DNA of 64,000 bases from Octopus bimaculoides (GCF_001194135.2 NC_068981.1:83249839-83313838), one strand, 5' to 3'. Shown: positions 26,278-40,058, counted from the first letter of the stretch. The notes: a model not told the origin generated them from the letters alone. Translations and numbers: made by a program.

Positions 26278-26666
26278 GTGGAGGCGCAATGGCCCAGTTG
26301 TTAGGGCAGCGGACTCGCGGTCATAGGATCGCGGTTTCGATTCCCAGACCTGGCGTTGTGAGTGTTTATTGAGCAAAAACACCTAATGCTCCACGAAGCT
26401 CCGGCAGGGGATGATGGCGAACCCTGCTGTATTCTTCCACCTCAACTTTCTCTCACTCTTACTTCCTGTTTCTATTGTGCCTGTAATTCAAATGGTCAGC
26501 CTTGTCACACTGTGTCACGCAAAATACCCTTGAGAACTACGTTGAGGGTACACGTGTCTGTGGAGTGCTCAGCCACTTGCACGTTAATTTCACGAGCAGG
26601 CTGTTCCGTTGATCCGATCGACTGGAACCCTCGACGTCGTAAGCGACAGAGTGTCAACAACAACAA
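26278..26666 (+). mobile_element. tRNA-headed SINE family B, full length, (CAA)n tail
   Basis: GTGGAGGCGCAATGGCCCAGTTGTTAG (A box) and GGTTTCGATTCCC (B box); collinear with the reverse complements of 38228-38619 and 48664-49039. Confidence 0.92.
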
Positions 26667-26927
26667 TACAATGTGATTTGAGGGAAATACAACTTTTGTT
26701 TCTAGGAGGTCGTGTTGACCACCTAGTGATCCTTTTGTCACTGCAATTATTGTTGATGACAATGACAAAAGATGTAAAACTTTCATAAAACTGAATCCAT
26801 TTAGACATCTATTTGGTACCGCTTCATTTACTTCGCCTCTGCACTTGAAAAGCCTGAGCCTTTAAGCGTTCCTGATTTCCCACTCTAGCCCTGCCCTCTC
26901 TATGGCGGTTCCATTATTCTATCTCAA

Positions 26928-26956
26928 TGATAACAACAACAACAACAACAATAATA

Positions 26957-27017
<61 letters not shown>

Positions 27018-27050
27018 TAACGATAACAATAGTAATAATAATAATAATGC

Positions 27051-27101
<51 letters not shown>

Positions 27102-27121
27102 TAATAATAATTATAATGAAT
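26928..27121. repeat. (AAT)n/(AAC)n microsatellite running into a gap
   Basis: Read directly; the poly-N and poly-I ORFs are artefacts of this repeat. Confidence 0.95.
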
Positions 27122-28737
27122 NNNNNNNNNNNNNNNNNNNNNNNNNNNNNNNNNNNNNNNNNNNNNNNNNNNNNNNNNNNNNNNNNNNNNNNNNNNNNNN
27201 NNNNNNNNNNNNNNNNNNNNNNNNNNNNNNNNNNNNNNNNNNNNNNNNNNNNNNNNNNNNNNNNNNNNNNNNNNNNNNNNNNNNNNNNNNNNNNNNNNNN
27301 NNNNNNNNNNNNNNNNNNNNNNNNNNNNNNNNNNNNNNNNNNNNNNNNNNNNNNNNNNNNNNNNNNNNNNNNNNNNNNNNNNNNNNNNNNNNNNNNNNNN
27401 NNNNNNNNNNNNNNNNNNNNNNNNNNNNNNNNNNNNNNNNNNNNNNNNNNNNNNNNNNNNNNNNNNNNNNNNNNNNNNNNNNNNNNNNNNNNNNNNNNNN
27501 NNNNNNNNNNNNNNNNNNNNNNNNNNNNNNNNNNNNNNNNNNNNNNNNNNNNNNNNNNNNNNNNNNNNNNNNNNNNNNNNNNNNNNNNNNNNNNNNNNNN
27601 NNNNNNNNNNNNNNNNNNNNNNNNNNNNNNNNNNNNNNNNNNNNNNNNNNNNNNNNNNNNNNNNNNNNNNNNNNNNNNNNNNNNNNNNNNNNNNNNNNNN
27701 NNNNNNNNNNNNNNNNNNNNNNNNNNNNNNNNNNNNNNNTATATATATATATATATATACATACATATACATACAATAATATAAATAATATATAAATATA
27801 TGCATATATCAATACATATATGTACATACCTACATCTATATGTATACATGCACACACACGCACACGCACACACACACACACACACACACGCACACACACA
27901 CACACACGCATATATATATATATATATTAAATAACAAAATATGCAAAAGTGAAAGTGAAACAAATGGACTAAAAACAATCACGAATGAATATGTAAAGAA
28001 TCACAGGAACCAATTAGCTCTCAACAAACAAGTTAAACAAAATTTCACACACTTTCAAACACATGCATACACAAACGCACCCCCACATACACACACGCAC
28101 AAACATGCAAACAAATAAACAAACAAGCGAATACTCACGTACAATATATTCGTGCATTAAAATCAAATAGATGTTTGCAGTTCAACTTCAGTGAGGTAAA
28201 CAAATACAAAACACACCAGCAGAGAATATAACAAATGATAAAGAAATCAAATAAGGATCTGAATGAAATGTTTATCGTATTCTTTTGAGATTTTACTTGT
28301 GCGGTGTATATTTATTCCGCTTTGAATTTCTGTTGTATGTGTATTCCTTTGGAAGTTGTCATCGTATAGAAGAACGATATATCCGGAACAGTGTATGAGA
28401 AGGAATATGAAACAACAAAATACATACACACACGCAAACAACACGCTCGCGAATATATACAAACCCACAGAGATAAATACATACATACATTACACATACG
28501 TATATATATATATATATATATATAATACAAATAATATGTGAGTATATGCATATATACGTACATGTATGTACATATCTACATCTGCATGTATATATAGATG
28601 TATATCTGGGTACAGGACATCACAAAAAAAAAAAAAACATGGAGAAAATGGAAAACAGAACATAAACAGAGTACAGAAAACACACAGCCCACATAGAGAA
28701 CATTTCCTTCATCAGCTGCCCCTATTCTAAACTAAGC

Positions 28738-28795
<58 letters not shown>

Positions 28796-28857
28796 ATATA
28801 TATATATACATACATACATACATACATACATACCTGCCTGCAAACATACGTTATTGT

Positions 28858-29785
28858 TAAGGCGGTAGGCTGGTAAACTCGTACGTCTTTACATTCGGAG
28901 TTCAAATTCCGCCGACATCGACTTCCCCTTCCATCCTTTCGGGGTTGATACAATAAGTACCAGTTGAGCACTGGAGTCGATGTAATCAACTAGCCCTTCC
29001 TCCAAAGTTTCAGTCTGTGTGCCTATAGTAGAAAGAATTGTTATTATTGTTAAAGCGGAAAGCTAGTAGAATCATTAGTACACCGATAAAATGATTAAAG
29101 ACATTTTGTCCGTCTGAGTTCTGAGTTCAAATTACGCCGGGGTCGACTTTCGCTTTTATCTTTCGGCGTCGATGAAATACCAATAACGCATCAGGGGCGA
29201 TATTAATGACTTACCCACTGCCACCAAATTTCAGGCGTTTTGCCTATAATAGGAAGGATTATTAATAATGTTGCCTATTGGCAGAAACGTTAGCGTGCCG
29301 GTTGAAATGCTAAGCGGTATTTCGTCTGCCGTTACGTTCTGAGTTCAAATTCCGCCGAGGTCGACTTTGCCTTTCATCCTTCCGGGGTCGATAAATTAAG
29401 AACCAGTTACGCACTGGGGTCGATGTAATCGACTTAATCCCTCTGTCGGTCCTTGTGTGTCCCTTCTGTGTTTAGCCCCTTGAGGGCAATAAATAATTAA
29501 GAAACGTTAGAACGCCAGACAAAATCATTAGCAGTTTTTCTAACGGCTCTTTACGCGCTGGTACCACCGAGAGGAACGTTACTTTTCATCGATGAAATAA
29601 AGTAATATCAAATACTAGTGGGGTCGATGTAAAATTCTGGTATTTTACCCAATTTCAAGATGGATTGGCAGATTCGTTACATCGCCAATAAAGAAAATGA
29701 CTCCCAGTATTTTTATCCGTCATTTACGCACTGAGTTCAAATTCTCGTCGCGGGGTAAACTTTTGATTTCGTCTCATTCGGAGTT
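28858..29785 (+). mobile_element. Train of about five head-to-tail SINE family A copies of differing divergence
   Basis: GAGTTCAAAT B-box at about 28900, 29122, 29341 and 29735, plus a degraded unit near 29500-29640; short TTA/TAA spacers lie between units. Confidence 0.8.
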
Positions 29786-30617
29786 GATGAATTAAGTGAG
29801 AGGCAAGTTGTGTGCCCGATGCACTCGAACAAATCTCTCCTCTAATAATTTCAAGCCATATGCCTAAATTAGATTCACTATCAATCTTGTTGTTGCTGTT
29901 GTTATTTAGCAGTCGTATTTTATTGCGTGCGTTCACTGCACCGCTGAGCGCGTCACTGCGCGTAGAATATTATAAAGTGTTTCCTTTTTTCTGGCTGTGC
30001 TTTTATTATATTGACATTCTCTGTAATATCTGTGCACTGTCTCTTATATTTCTTTTATGTCGTTTGTGCTTTTGGTTATGCTTTTATCTGCATTTTCATT
30101 TCAATGATTCCAAACGCACCTATGCTTATAGGGATTGATTTTTGTTTCCAGTCTCCAGCTTGTGCTTATCTCTATGTACATATATTTATATTAGATTCGT
30201 TTGAGTATTTCTTTTAGATATATCTTATACGGTAGAACTGATACTTCAATAGCGAGACGTTTATGAGTTTTATGGACGCTAACAATCATTATATACACCA
30301 GATCCTCTCAACTGGGGTTCATACAGTCATTGGTTCATATGCCTTTGAAGGTCCATATATGATTTTGTTGTTAAAATTTGCGTTCAATAAATTGATTATA
30401 CTTCTACAATATACAAAATATTCTAATTTTTATGCAATTTCGAATGATATTTAATTATAAAATTACAATAAGATCCTTTTATATGCAGCAAATAGCTCTG
30501 TCGGTCGAGTAGCGTTTAAATAGGCGTCAAAGGTGTTCGTAAGCAAAAACTGACTGAGAACCACTGAACTAGATGAGTTGGCTGATCTCCTTATTCTTAT
30601 TAGTTTGTATTTTCCAG

Positions 30618-30651
30618 AACGTAGTCATCTTGTCATTCTTTGAGACATTTG
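30618..30651 (+). CDS. Candidate 34-nt exon (phase 0 to 1)
   Basis: gtattttccag| acceptor and TTG|GTAAGT donor; the only open frame is NVVILSFFETF. Confidence 0.35.
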
Positions 30652-31199
30652 GTAAGTAAGTCCTTGTACCAGCTCTCTTCCTTGGGTTATTTCACGATGC
30701 TTTCTTTATATCCGGCTCAGCAAAAGGGCCAACACTCTCGTGATTGTATATGCTTATGTGTGTAGGTTCACTTCCGTTGACTTATCGCAATGTTAGGACA
30801 TACCGACTGTTATTTTAGATGAGATCGAATATTTGCATTGCCTTTCGCGACATAGAGTTATCCAAGGTTTCAAAACCGTAGCTTCTAATCTTAGGTGCCT
30901 CATAACAAGTTCGGGAAGTGCCGTTGAAAAGATATACCTATCTGCCTGGAACCGGATCTCCGCAGTTCAATGCAGTCTCTCAAAGGGTGTATGGTTGTTC
31001 GGTATTTACGTTACATGCTTTCCCTGAAGAGCGCATCGAGTGTTTTACTGCTTTATACATTGACGCACTTGTTAAATTTCGGACAAATTCGGATAAAGTA
31101 CACTACGAGCATAGTGTCGAAGAATCTGGAGAGAAGTATTCTCATAGTTAAGACATTAGCTTTGAAGTCCTTTCTAATACTCACGACTTTAATAATTCA

Positions 31200-31645
31200 C
31201 GGGCACTTTGAGATGGATTTGACTCGATGGTGGCTTTCAGTTCGTCATTATCCACCTTTGTTTCTGGTCGACCGCGTTGCTCATTTGTGAGGTCAAAGTC
31301 ATCAGAACGAAATTTTGCAAACCAATTTGATACTGTCTGCTGTGTAATAACATTAGAACGAAATACTCCATTAATATTCCGTGTTGTCTGTGATGCTGTA
31401 TTTCCAAGAAAGAATTCATATTTCAAAACTCTACGAATTTCTGACATCCTTCTCTAAACAAAAATAGAAAAAAAAAACATTTATAAATACTTTATAAAGC
31501 GCAAAATGAGGTAGAATAAAGAAATAGATGCGTCAGCTTTGTAACAAAAAGTAAAGATTGTCAAAGTATAATAATAGCACAAAATGAGTTGCTGTCAAAA
31601 TTTACCATATAACTTATTACAAATTTCATACTTGACGACCTAATA
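31200..31645 (-). mobile_element. Mariner transposon 5' fragment (TIR + N-terminal HTH)
   Basis: TIR TATTAGGTCGTCAAGTATGAAATTTGTAATAA (reverse complement ends at 31645); ORF MSEIRRVLKYEF...QTVSNWFAKFRSDDFDLTNEQRGRP. Same family as 59425-60525. Confidence 0.9.
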
Positions 31646-31944
31646 GAATGCCACTTTGTGTTCTCTATGAAAAATATAATAGAGTGAATGCAATAAATGA
31701 TAAACTATGTATTGCTAATGAGCTCTAATGAGACTGTAACATAACTGCCGATGTCAACGTATAGCTAAAAATTAACCACATTTTCCGCCTTTAATATTTT
31801 ATTAATTTTAATTCAGTTAAAACTTATCTGCATAGTAAATCACGTATAATAACACCGACTTCATTATGTGTGTGTCTGCATATGCATGCGTACACATATA
31901 TATGGATGTATGTATGTAAGTTTGTATGTATGTATGCACGCATG

Positions 31945-31991
<47 letters not shown>

Positions 31992-32334
31992 ATATATATA
32001 TATATATATATATATTTCTTATGTTCTTTTACTTGTATCAGTCAATTNNNNNNNNNNNNNNNNNNNNNNNNNNNNNNNNNNNNNNNNNNNNNNNNNNNNN
32101 NNNNNNNNNNNNNNNNNNNNNNNNNNNNNNNNNNNNNNNNNNNNNNNNNNNNNNNNNNNNNNNNNNNNNNNNNNNNNNNNNNNNNNNNNNNNNNNNNNNN
32201 NNNNNNNNNNNNNNNNNNNNNNNNNNNNNNNNNNNNNNNNNNNNNNNNNNNNNNNNNNNNNNNNNNNNNNNNNNNNNNNNNNNNNNNNNNNNNNNNNNNN
32301 NNNNNNNNNNNNNNNNNNNNNNNNNNNNNNNNNN

Positions 32335-32370
<36 letters not shown>

Positions 32371-32384
32371 GTATATATATATAC

Positions 32385-32539
32385 AACGGGCTTCTTCCAG
32401 TTTCCGTCCACCAAATCCACTCAACAGGCTTTGCTCGGCCCGAGGTTATGGTAGAAGACACTTGCCCAAGGAACCAAGCAGTGAGACTGAACATGGAGAG
32501 CCATATGGTTAGGAAGCAAACTTCTTACCACACAGCCAC
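32385..32539 (-). mobile_element. tRNA-headed SINE (family D) 5' portion
   Basis: The reverse complement cgtggctgtgtggtaagaagtttgcttcctaaccatatgg...ttgggcaagtgtcttctacc...gacggaaactggaagaagcccgt runs into (TA)n. Confidence 0.8.
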
Positions 32540-33748
32540 GAGGGGTTGTATAAAATAATGGAAAACCTAGCAACATAGCATCATAATTTTGAAATATCTA
32601 TAAAATTTATTATGAGTGTTGCTTAATATGCTTTGCAAAATTGCTATTTCTTTTCAGATATCATCAGAAAAATGTAATTAAAATTCATTAAAATGACAGA
32701 TCTATCGGTCTTTCAAAGAGGTCAAATTGTTAGTGCTCGTATGACAGGTGCTAGCGTAACGAAAATAGCCGAAATGTTTGGTGTATCATGAAGTACTGTC
32801 TAGAAAGTAATGACAGCATTTGAGAAAGAGAGAAAAAAACCTCCTCGTCGAAACAAAAATCCGGAAGAAAACCAAAGCTTTCAGATAGGGACAGTCGGAC
32901 TCTTACGCGAATTGTTAGAGATCACAAAAGATCACCTCCCAAAATTAGTGCAGAGCATAATGACCATCTCGAAAATCCAGTTTCCACAAAAAATGTTCGC
33001 CGGGAGCTGCACAAAGCCGGATTTCATGGGAGGGCTGCAATCAGAAAACTACTACTTCCAAAAACAAACGTTACAAAGCGTTTAGTGTGGGGTAAAAACC
33101 TACAGAATTGGTTCCTAGAGCAGTGGAAGAATGTTATTTTATCGTACGAGTCATCGTTTACCTTATTTCCGACCACCGGTGGAGTATACATGTGGAGAGA
33201 GCTAAAAGAAGCATTTGCCTTCTTCCAGTTGTTAAACTTGGAGCAGGATCTGTGATGTTCTGAGGGACTATATCTTGGAAATCCGAAGGCCCAATGGTTT
33301 CCCTTCATGGCAAAATTAATAGTCAAGACTATGTAAGCATTTTATCAGATCAAATTCATCCTATGGTTGCGGAACTGTTTCCGGAGGGGACCGCAATCTT
33401 TCAGGATGATAAAACTAAAGTCGTTGCTGAATGGCACGAGGAACATTCTAGTGAAGTTGAACATCTTATCTGGCTACCACAGTCCCCAGATCTCAATATT
33501 ATTGAACATTTATGGTGCATTTTAGAAAGACAAGTAAGGAGACGATATCCTCCAGCATCATCACTACAAGAACTGGAGACTGTTTTAGCTGAAGAATGAC
33601 CAAAACTTCCTTTGGATACACTTCAAACTTTGTACGAGTCAATACCTCGTAGAATTCAAGCTGTAATTACTGCCAAAGGCGGTCCTACCCCATATCAAAA
33701 TAAGTCTGTTTGAAATTTTAAGGTGTTTCCAATATTTTGTGCAAACCC

Positions 33749-33751
<3 letters not shown>
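32540..33751 (+). mobile_element. Tc1-family DNA transposon, near full length, inactivated
   Basis: Imperfect TIRs (gaggggttgtataaaataatggaaaacct / aggtgtttccaatattttgtgcaaaccctg). Transposase from ATG 32693 reads MTDLSVFQRGQIV...FQDD...WLPQSPDLNIIEHLW, with stops and frameshifts. Confidence 0.93.
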
Positions 33752-33822
<71 letters not shown>

Positions 33823-34339
33823 TATATATATATGTATATATCTGTACATACACACACATACAGACGCGCACACACGCACACACACACGCGCGCGATAATT
33901 TTTGGCATCGAACATAGCATTTCATGTACATGTTTCAATCCGCACTGAGAATTCCGAGAGCGCACGTATATTTGTTATTCTTATGACAAATAAAGCAATT
34001 ATCGTCATTGCTACTGCAGCTACTCTTGGCACTGTTGTTGCTGTCGTTAACCAGAAAGCAAGCTAAACGGTAGATCGGATGTGTTAATAGACGCCCAACC
34101 TTTTATACTTGCGATTTTATTGATTCCATCTGATCAAAGACAAACGGAAATCTTCTGTTACTGAAAATATCAGGAAAAATAACCAAAGAAAGGAGTTCTA
34201 ATATTGAGAATAAACACACGCTTCTTCCTACATATTCATGCATAAATATATACATGCGTACATACATACACACATATATCTGGGTGGGATGCGTGATGGA
34301 TATATGTGTATGTGTGTGTGTGTGTGTGTGTGTGCGTGC

Positions 34340-34396
<57 letters not shown>

Positions 34397-35691
34397 TACA
34401 TACATATATACTGAGAGAGACAGAGAGGGGGGAAGGTGAAGAGAAAAGGAGAGGGAGAGAGAGATGCATATATATGTATATGTACATACATACATATATA
34501 TTTATATATATATACATATATACATATATAGACATACATAATATATATGTATGTTTAAATATATATATATGTATGTATATATATAAATATATATATATGT
34601 ATGTATATAAATATATATATATATATATGTGTGTATGTATATAAATATATATATGTATGTATGTATGTATGTATGCATGTATATATACATATATNNNNNN
34701 NNNNNNNNNNNNNNNNNNNNNNNNNNNNNNNNNNNNNNNNNNNNNNNNNNNNNNNNNNNNNNNNNNNNNNNNNNNNNNNNNNNNNNNNNNNNNNNNNNNN
34801 NNNNNNNNNNNNNNNNNNNNNNNNNNNNNNNNNNNNNNNNNNNNNNNNNNNNNNNNNNNNNNNNNNNNNNNNNNNNNNNNNNNNNNNNNNNNNNNNNNNN
34901 NNNNNNNNNNNNNNNNNNNNNNNNNNNNNNNNNNNNNNNNNNNNNNNNNNNNNNNNNNNNNNNNNNNNNNNNNNNNNNNNNNNNNNNNNNNNNNNNNNNN
35001 NNNNNNNNNNNNNNNNNNNNNNNNNNNNNNNNNNNNNNNNNNNNNNNNNNNNNNNNNNNNNNNNNNNNNNNNNNNNNNNNNNNNNNNNNNNNNNNNNNNN
35101 NNNNNNNNNNNNNNNNNNNNNNNNNNNNNNNNNNNNNNNNNNNNNNNNNNNNNNNNNNNNNNNNNNNNNCTCTGAGTGAGAAATATGTAGAAACAGTACC
35201 GCACAGTAAAGTATATTTGCCAACGCCACCTGGCAATCATACACAGGACGATGTTACTAATTTTTAGCACCATATTTCTCGTTCAGCGATTTGAAACTAG
35301 TTATTTTTCTTCTTCCCAGATCAGCGACTGTGTCACTGATTAAAAGCTGATTAAAAGCGAATTAACTTCCATGGTGTGGCTAAAGCAAATGTTCTCTGTC
35401 TGTCTCTCTAACCTCTGGGAGATTTTACTAATTTGTCCATCTGTTCTAATTTAATTAAATTCTATGTCTTTGTGCAGCTGAAAAATTGCTCTACATTTTA
35501 AATCAATTTAATGATTACATTGTTCAATTAAATGGAGTTGCATGAAACGATCCTACTGCATTACCTCTGGATATCCTTGTTGCTTATTTTGATTTTATAT
35601 ATATGAAGTATATATATTACGGAGATGTACTTGCATAGCAAGTGACCTGATCTGAGATCGTGTGCTGGAACAAATACAATTACAAAATCAC

Positions 35692-35839
35692 ACACAAAAC
35701 CGTTAGATTCACTTCAACATTTAAATTCATTTTACTAAAATATTTTCGTCGCTTTGAGACAACAACCTGGACTCAAAGCGACGAAAATATTTTGGCAAAT
35801 TGAATTTAAATGTTGAAGTGAACCTAACGGTTTTTGTGT
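35692..35839. repeat. Inverted repeat, ~67-bp arms and 13-nt loop
   Basis: acacaaaaccgttagattcacttcaacatttaaattca...tcgtcgctttgag pairs with ctcaaagcgacga...tgaatttaaatgttgaagtgaacctaacggtttttgtgt. Confidence 0.92.
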
Positions 35840-36599
35840 ATTTTTAGATGACTTATAAACCCCTTTCACCCTGCAGTTGTGTTTATACATACATACATAN
35901 NNNNNNNNNNNNNNNNNNNNNNNNATATATATATATATATACATATCATTTTATATTATATCATATGATATGATAATACATTATATATTATTTTATACTA
36001 TGCATACGCGCATGTGTGTATGTATGTGTGTATGTATGTATGTATGTACGCCTGTATGTTCATATAAACAAATCCTGCACACTATTTAACAGCACATACT
36101 TCTGTCTTTAATCTGAATTCATTGTGATGTTGAGTTCAGTTTAAGTTGTAGTGATTGCTGGATTTCCAGAACGATCTCCTACAAACTTATCACCAACACA
36201 CATGTGCTGTATTGCTTCTTATGTACGTTACCTGCGCTTATATATTATATTTTGTGTGAGATTATTAGCATTAGGGATAGCTTGCGTATAGAATTGTTTA
36301 TGAGTTAGTAATGCGTACGCGTGTAAGTAACTATTCCATCTCAACTGCTATTTTTGCTTCATGCCAGCTTTTGTAGCGGTGATAGCGATGGCGGGCACTA
36401 TAAGCATCGACAACATGCGGCTTTATTTTATATACTAAAAAAAAAATTGTTTGTCTTCACTTCAAAGCAGTATAGACACGTTCAAAGACTTACAGAAGTG
36501 AATGCGTATATATGATAGCTTTCAGTGCCTTTTTCTTTCCTACACGTAAGTGTACCTGTGCGCGCGCGGAAACAAAATGGCACCAGTGACGTCCCAACT

Positions 36600-36735
36600 C
36601 ATTTCTACAGTTGAGTGAACTGAAGCAACGTGAAATAAAGTGTCTTGCTGAAGAACACAGCCCGGTCCGGGAATCGAACTCTCACCGTCATGATTGTGAG
36701 GCCAACGCTCCAACCACTAAGCCATGCACCTTCAC
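36600..36735 (-). mobile_element. tRNA-headed SINE (family C) 5' part
   Basis: The reverse complement has gaaggtgcatggcttagtggttggagcg (A box), gagttcgattccc (B box) and tgtgttcttcagcaag. Confidence 0.75.
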
Positions 36736-37622
36736 TCAACTTAATAAACACATTACCTAGAATAAAGAGCATTCATATACTAAAATCGATACAGGAGATA
36801 AACAAAAACGACTCTAATGTAACGTATGGCCTTGTAACATAATTGTCATTGGCACTACTGCACTACCTCCGTATTTCACCGTTTGTTTGACAGTGAAATA
36901 CTTTTGATACTATTATCACTTAGTTTTTCCAGGCTTTTTGTTAATAAACATTTTATGTCGCACTGGAAAGCAAATATTTTCTTTTTATGTGTATTGAACA
37001 TTTTCCATTATTAGCCTTGCATTTTTAGAATCATCCACACTTAGCGTATATATGTGTGTGCGCACACCCATGCGTTTTTGCTGTATGTTCATGCATGTGT
37101 AAGTGTCTGTGTTTGAGTGTGTGTATGAGTGTATGTGTGCGTACGTTCCAAATAGGCGAGCAAGTTATGAACACGTGGTCTCCTCGTGTTGTTTCTGTTA
37201 CCATAACATTGCTAGTTAGTTGTGTCAGCCGCCTAAACCAGCCCACAGGAAGTTATAAGTCATTAGTCAGGATTTCTCTTAATCTTAGACCATAGTTTCA
37301 CTTACGTCGCTAATTTACTAATTGATTAATACTCTTGAGAAAACAATGAACGTCGCGCCTATGAAAGATATTGTTTTTCTACTTATAGCTACTAAATAAA
37401 CGATCGTTTTCAGTGTGAGAGTTAATGTGTTTACGGATCTTCTTTTGAAGACCATATTATATGAGGTATCATATAATATAAAAGCGCCACAAAAATTGTA
37501 CATGCACAGACAGATATGTAGACATATAGGTATCCGTCTTTTCATATGTCTGTACACGTACAATTATTTCATACATTAAGACACATGGATTTATACACAT
37601 ACTGTTATATATTCTTATCACG

Positions 37623-37660
<38 letters not shown>

Positions 37661-38227
37661 GTTCACACCTCCACATATGCGCACAAACATGTAAGCTTAT
37701 GCATACACATATGCACAAACACATATATGTATGCTTGTATATGTAGATGTGTGTGTATGCGCAAGTGTGTGTACTAGTGCATGACCAGTTGTTTAATACT
37801 TAGAATAAGTAATACTTTGCTTCATTGAAATATATACATATATATATGCTAGAAAGATTTTAGTGAAAGAAAGTAATATTGAAATAAAGAAGCATTTAAT
37901 AGTTCAAAAAGCAAATAAATTTATAAAATCATCTACTTTCATAGAAAACATTGCCATCTTCTGAAGTATTGTTTCTAAAGAGTAAATTTAGTTTCGTGAA
38001 ACAGCTGACGAATATTAAAATAATTGTAGTAAAATAATCATACACCTTTTTTTCTGAACTGATTGAAGGAAATGCATGACTCAATTGTTTTTGGCAATGA
38101 ATTTTACTTTATCGTTCTGTATTGTATTAGGAATGAAAATGGTCTAAACATCTTATTGTGCTAACCGTAGCCTTCATATGCAACAGCTATGACTTAAAAT
38201 ACTTATCACCCCGCCTCATGGCCCAGA

Positions 38228-38619
38228 GGTTTGTTGTTGTTCGCACTCCGTCGCTTACGACGTCGAGGGTTCCAGTTGATCCGATCAACGGAACAGCCTG
38301 CTCGTGAAATTAACGTGCAAGTGGCTGAGCACTCCACAGACACGTGTACCCTTAACGTAGTTCTCGGGGATATTCAGCGTGACACAGTGTGACAAGGCTG
38401 ACCCTTTGAATTACAGGCACAACAGAAACAGGAAGTAAGAGTGAGAGAAAGTTGTGGTGAAAGAGTACAGCAGGGTTCGCCACCATCCCCTGCCGGAGCC
38501 TCGTGGAGCTTTAGGTGTTTTCGCTCAATAAACACTCACAACACCCGGTCTGGGAATCGAAACCACGATCCTATGACCGTGAGTCCGCTGCCCTAACCAC
38601 TGGGCCATTGCGCCTCTAC
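38228..38619 (-). mobile_element. SINE family B, full length, with 9-bp TSD
   Basis: TSD TGGCCCAGA at 38219-38227 and 38620-38628; (CAA)n tail; A and B boxes on the minus strand. Confidence 0.95.
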
Positions 38620-38628
38620 TGGCCCAGA

Positions 38629-39310
38629 CGAATAACATGGAAAAGGCGTTGCCCTGGAGGACGCCGAAGAGAGACGCGCTGGAACTGCCACTCCGACTCA
38701 TGGGTCTCGTAGTTGCAGATAGCTATGTCTGTTCGACAGTAGTGAGCAGTAATGTAACCCGGGTGCCAAGAACGACAGAGGTCTCCACAGGCTCGGCCAC
38801 AAATCATTTAAGAGTGACCGATCACACCATGTTGTCGTTGGAGTAGGTATTGCAGTATGTGACATTCCACATGAGGAGGCTACCACCGCGGAACAGGAAA
38901 ATTCTCATGCCGTCTGGCCTTTCACTGTTCCAGTGTCCATGCTGCTGGCTCGAGCTGGGAAGTGAAGCCTCCAATGATCTCAATGGTCTTATTGAGAGCA
39001 GCATGGCGGGGAAGACGGGATAATGGCATGACAATGGGTAGAGGATGAAAGAGTCTACAACGGATACGCATGGTGTTTGTGAGGCTTACAGATATGGACG
39101 TCAAACTTCAGGAAAAACACCGATGCACAAACAGTCGCTATCCAGTAGAGTGTCAGTTAAGAGTGATGACACTGCAGGGAGACAGGTACTGCTGTGGGGC
39201 TGAAAGACCAAGCGGGAAATATGACAGTTAATGTTGGTCAAGAAACTGCATTGGATGGCGTGACATTTGTTTTGGGGAAACTGAATGTCTACAAAGAGAA
39301 GGTGATTCCA
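38629..39310 (+). mobile_element. GC-richer decayed coding-like segment, possibly an L1/Tx1-like LINE fragment interrupted by the SINE
   Basis: Abrupt GC rise and several short broken frames. The TSD shows the SINE inserted into its left edge. No diagnostic motif is intact. Confidence 0.35.
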
Positions 39311-39878
39311 TTACACATGCATTTTAGAGGGGGTTGCGTACAACACGCAACCACATATACGTAATTTTCAATTGAAGGATATCACTTGTTCAAACAAGTA
39401 AATGCTCATCGTTTAGACAGACCGAGGATTGAACACCGACAGATATGTGCATGCTTTATTATGTGTGCGAGTGTCGGTGTGATGCGCGCGCACACATCGT
39501 GTACCGTCTTAAAAATGATGAGAAATTTCAGTGACGTCAATAATAGTACAGGCAGAGTCCATAATCACCACAGACACACTCACTGAGATATATTCAATGT
39601 GCGCTTCAAAAGCAAACTGACTGAGGTAAGTTGTTGATTAAGATATGTGATCCATGGGCGTGGCCAAAGCCAAATAGTGCGTGGAAAAAAGTTACGTAGT
39701 GAATATAATTACATAAATATATACATGCGTGCTTGCTCGTGCACACATACATACGCACACGCTAATATTTGTGTGTATGTGTGTACGTGCGTGCGTATGT
39801 GCGTGCGTGTGTGCGTGTGTACGTTGTGTATGTATAAATACATGCATACAGATATATATATATATACATACCTGTATG

Positions 39879-39911
<33 letters not shown>

Positions 39912-39928
39912 GTATGTACATATGTATG

Positions 39929-39959
<31 letters not shown>

Positions 39960-39988
39960 ATATATACATACATACACATATATATATA

Positions 39989-40058
<70 letters not shown>

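Noticed and set aside
26278-26350. tRNA-like sequence (also at 38550-38619, 48970-49039, 36660-36735)
   Set aside because: These are SINE heads: no complete acceptor stem, and each continues into a shared repeat body.
28690-28725. Minus-strand GGCAG-CTGATGA-AG-GAAA
   Set aside because: No valid stem III/NUH triplet or stem I partner follows.
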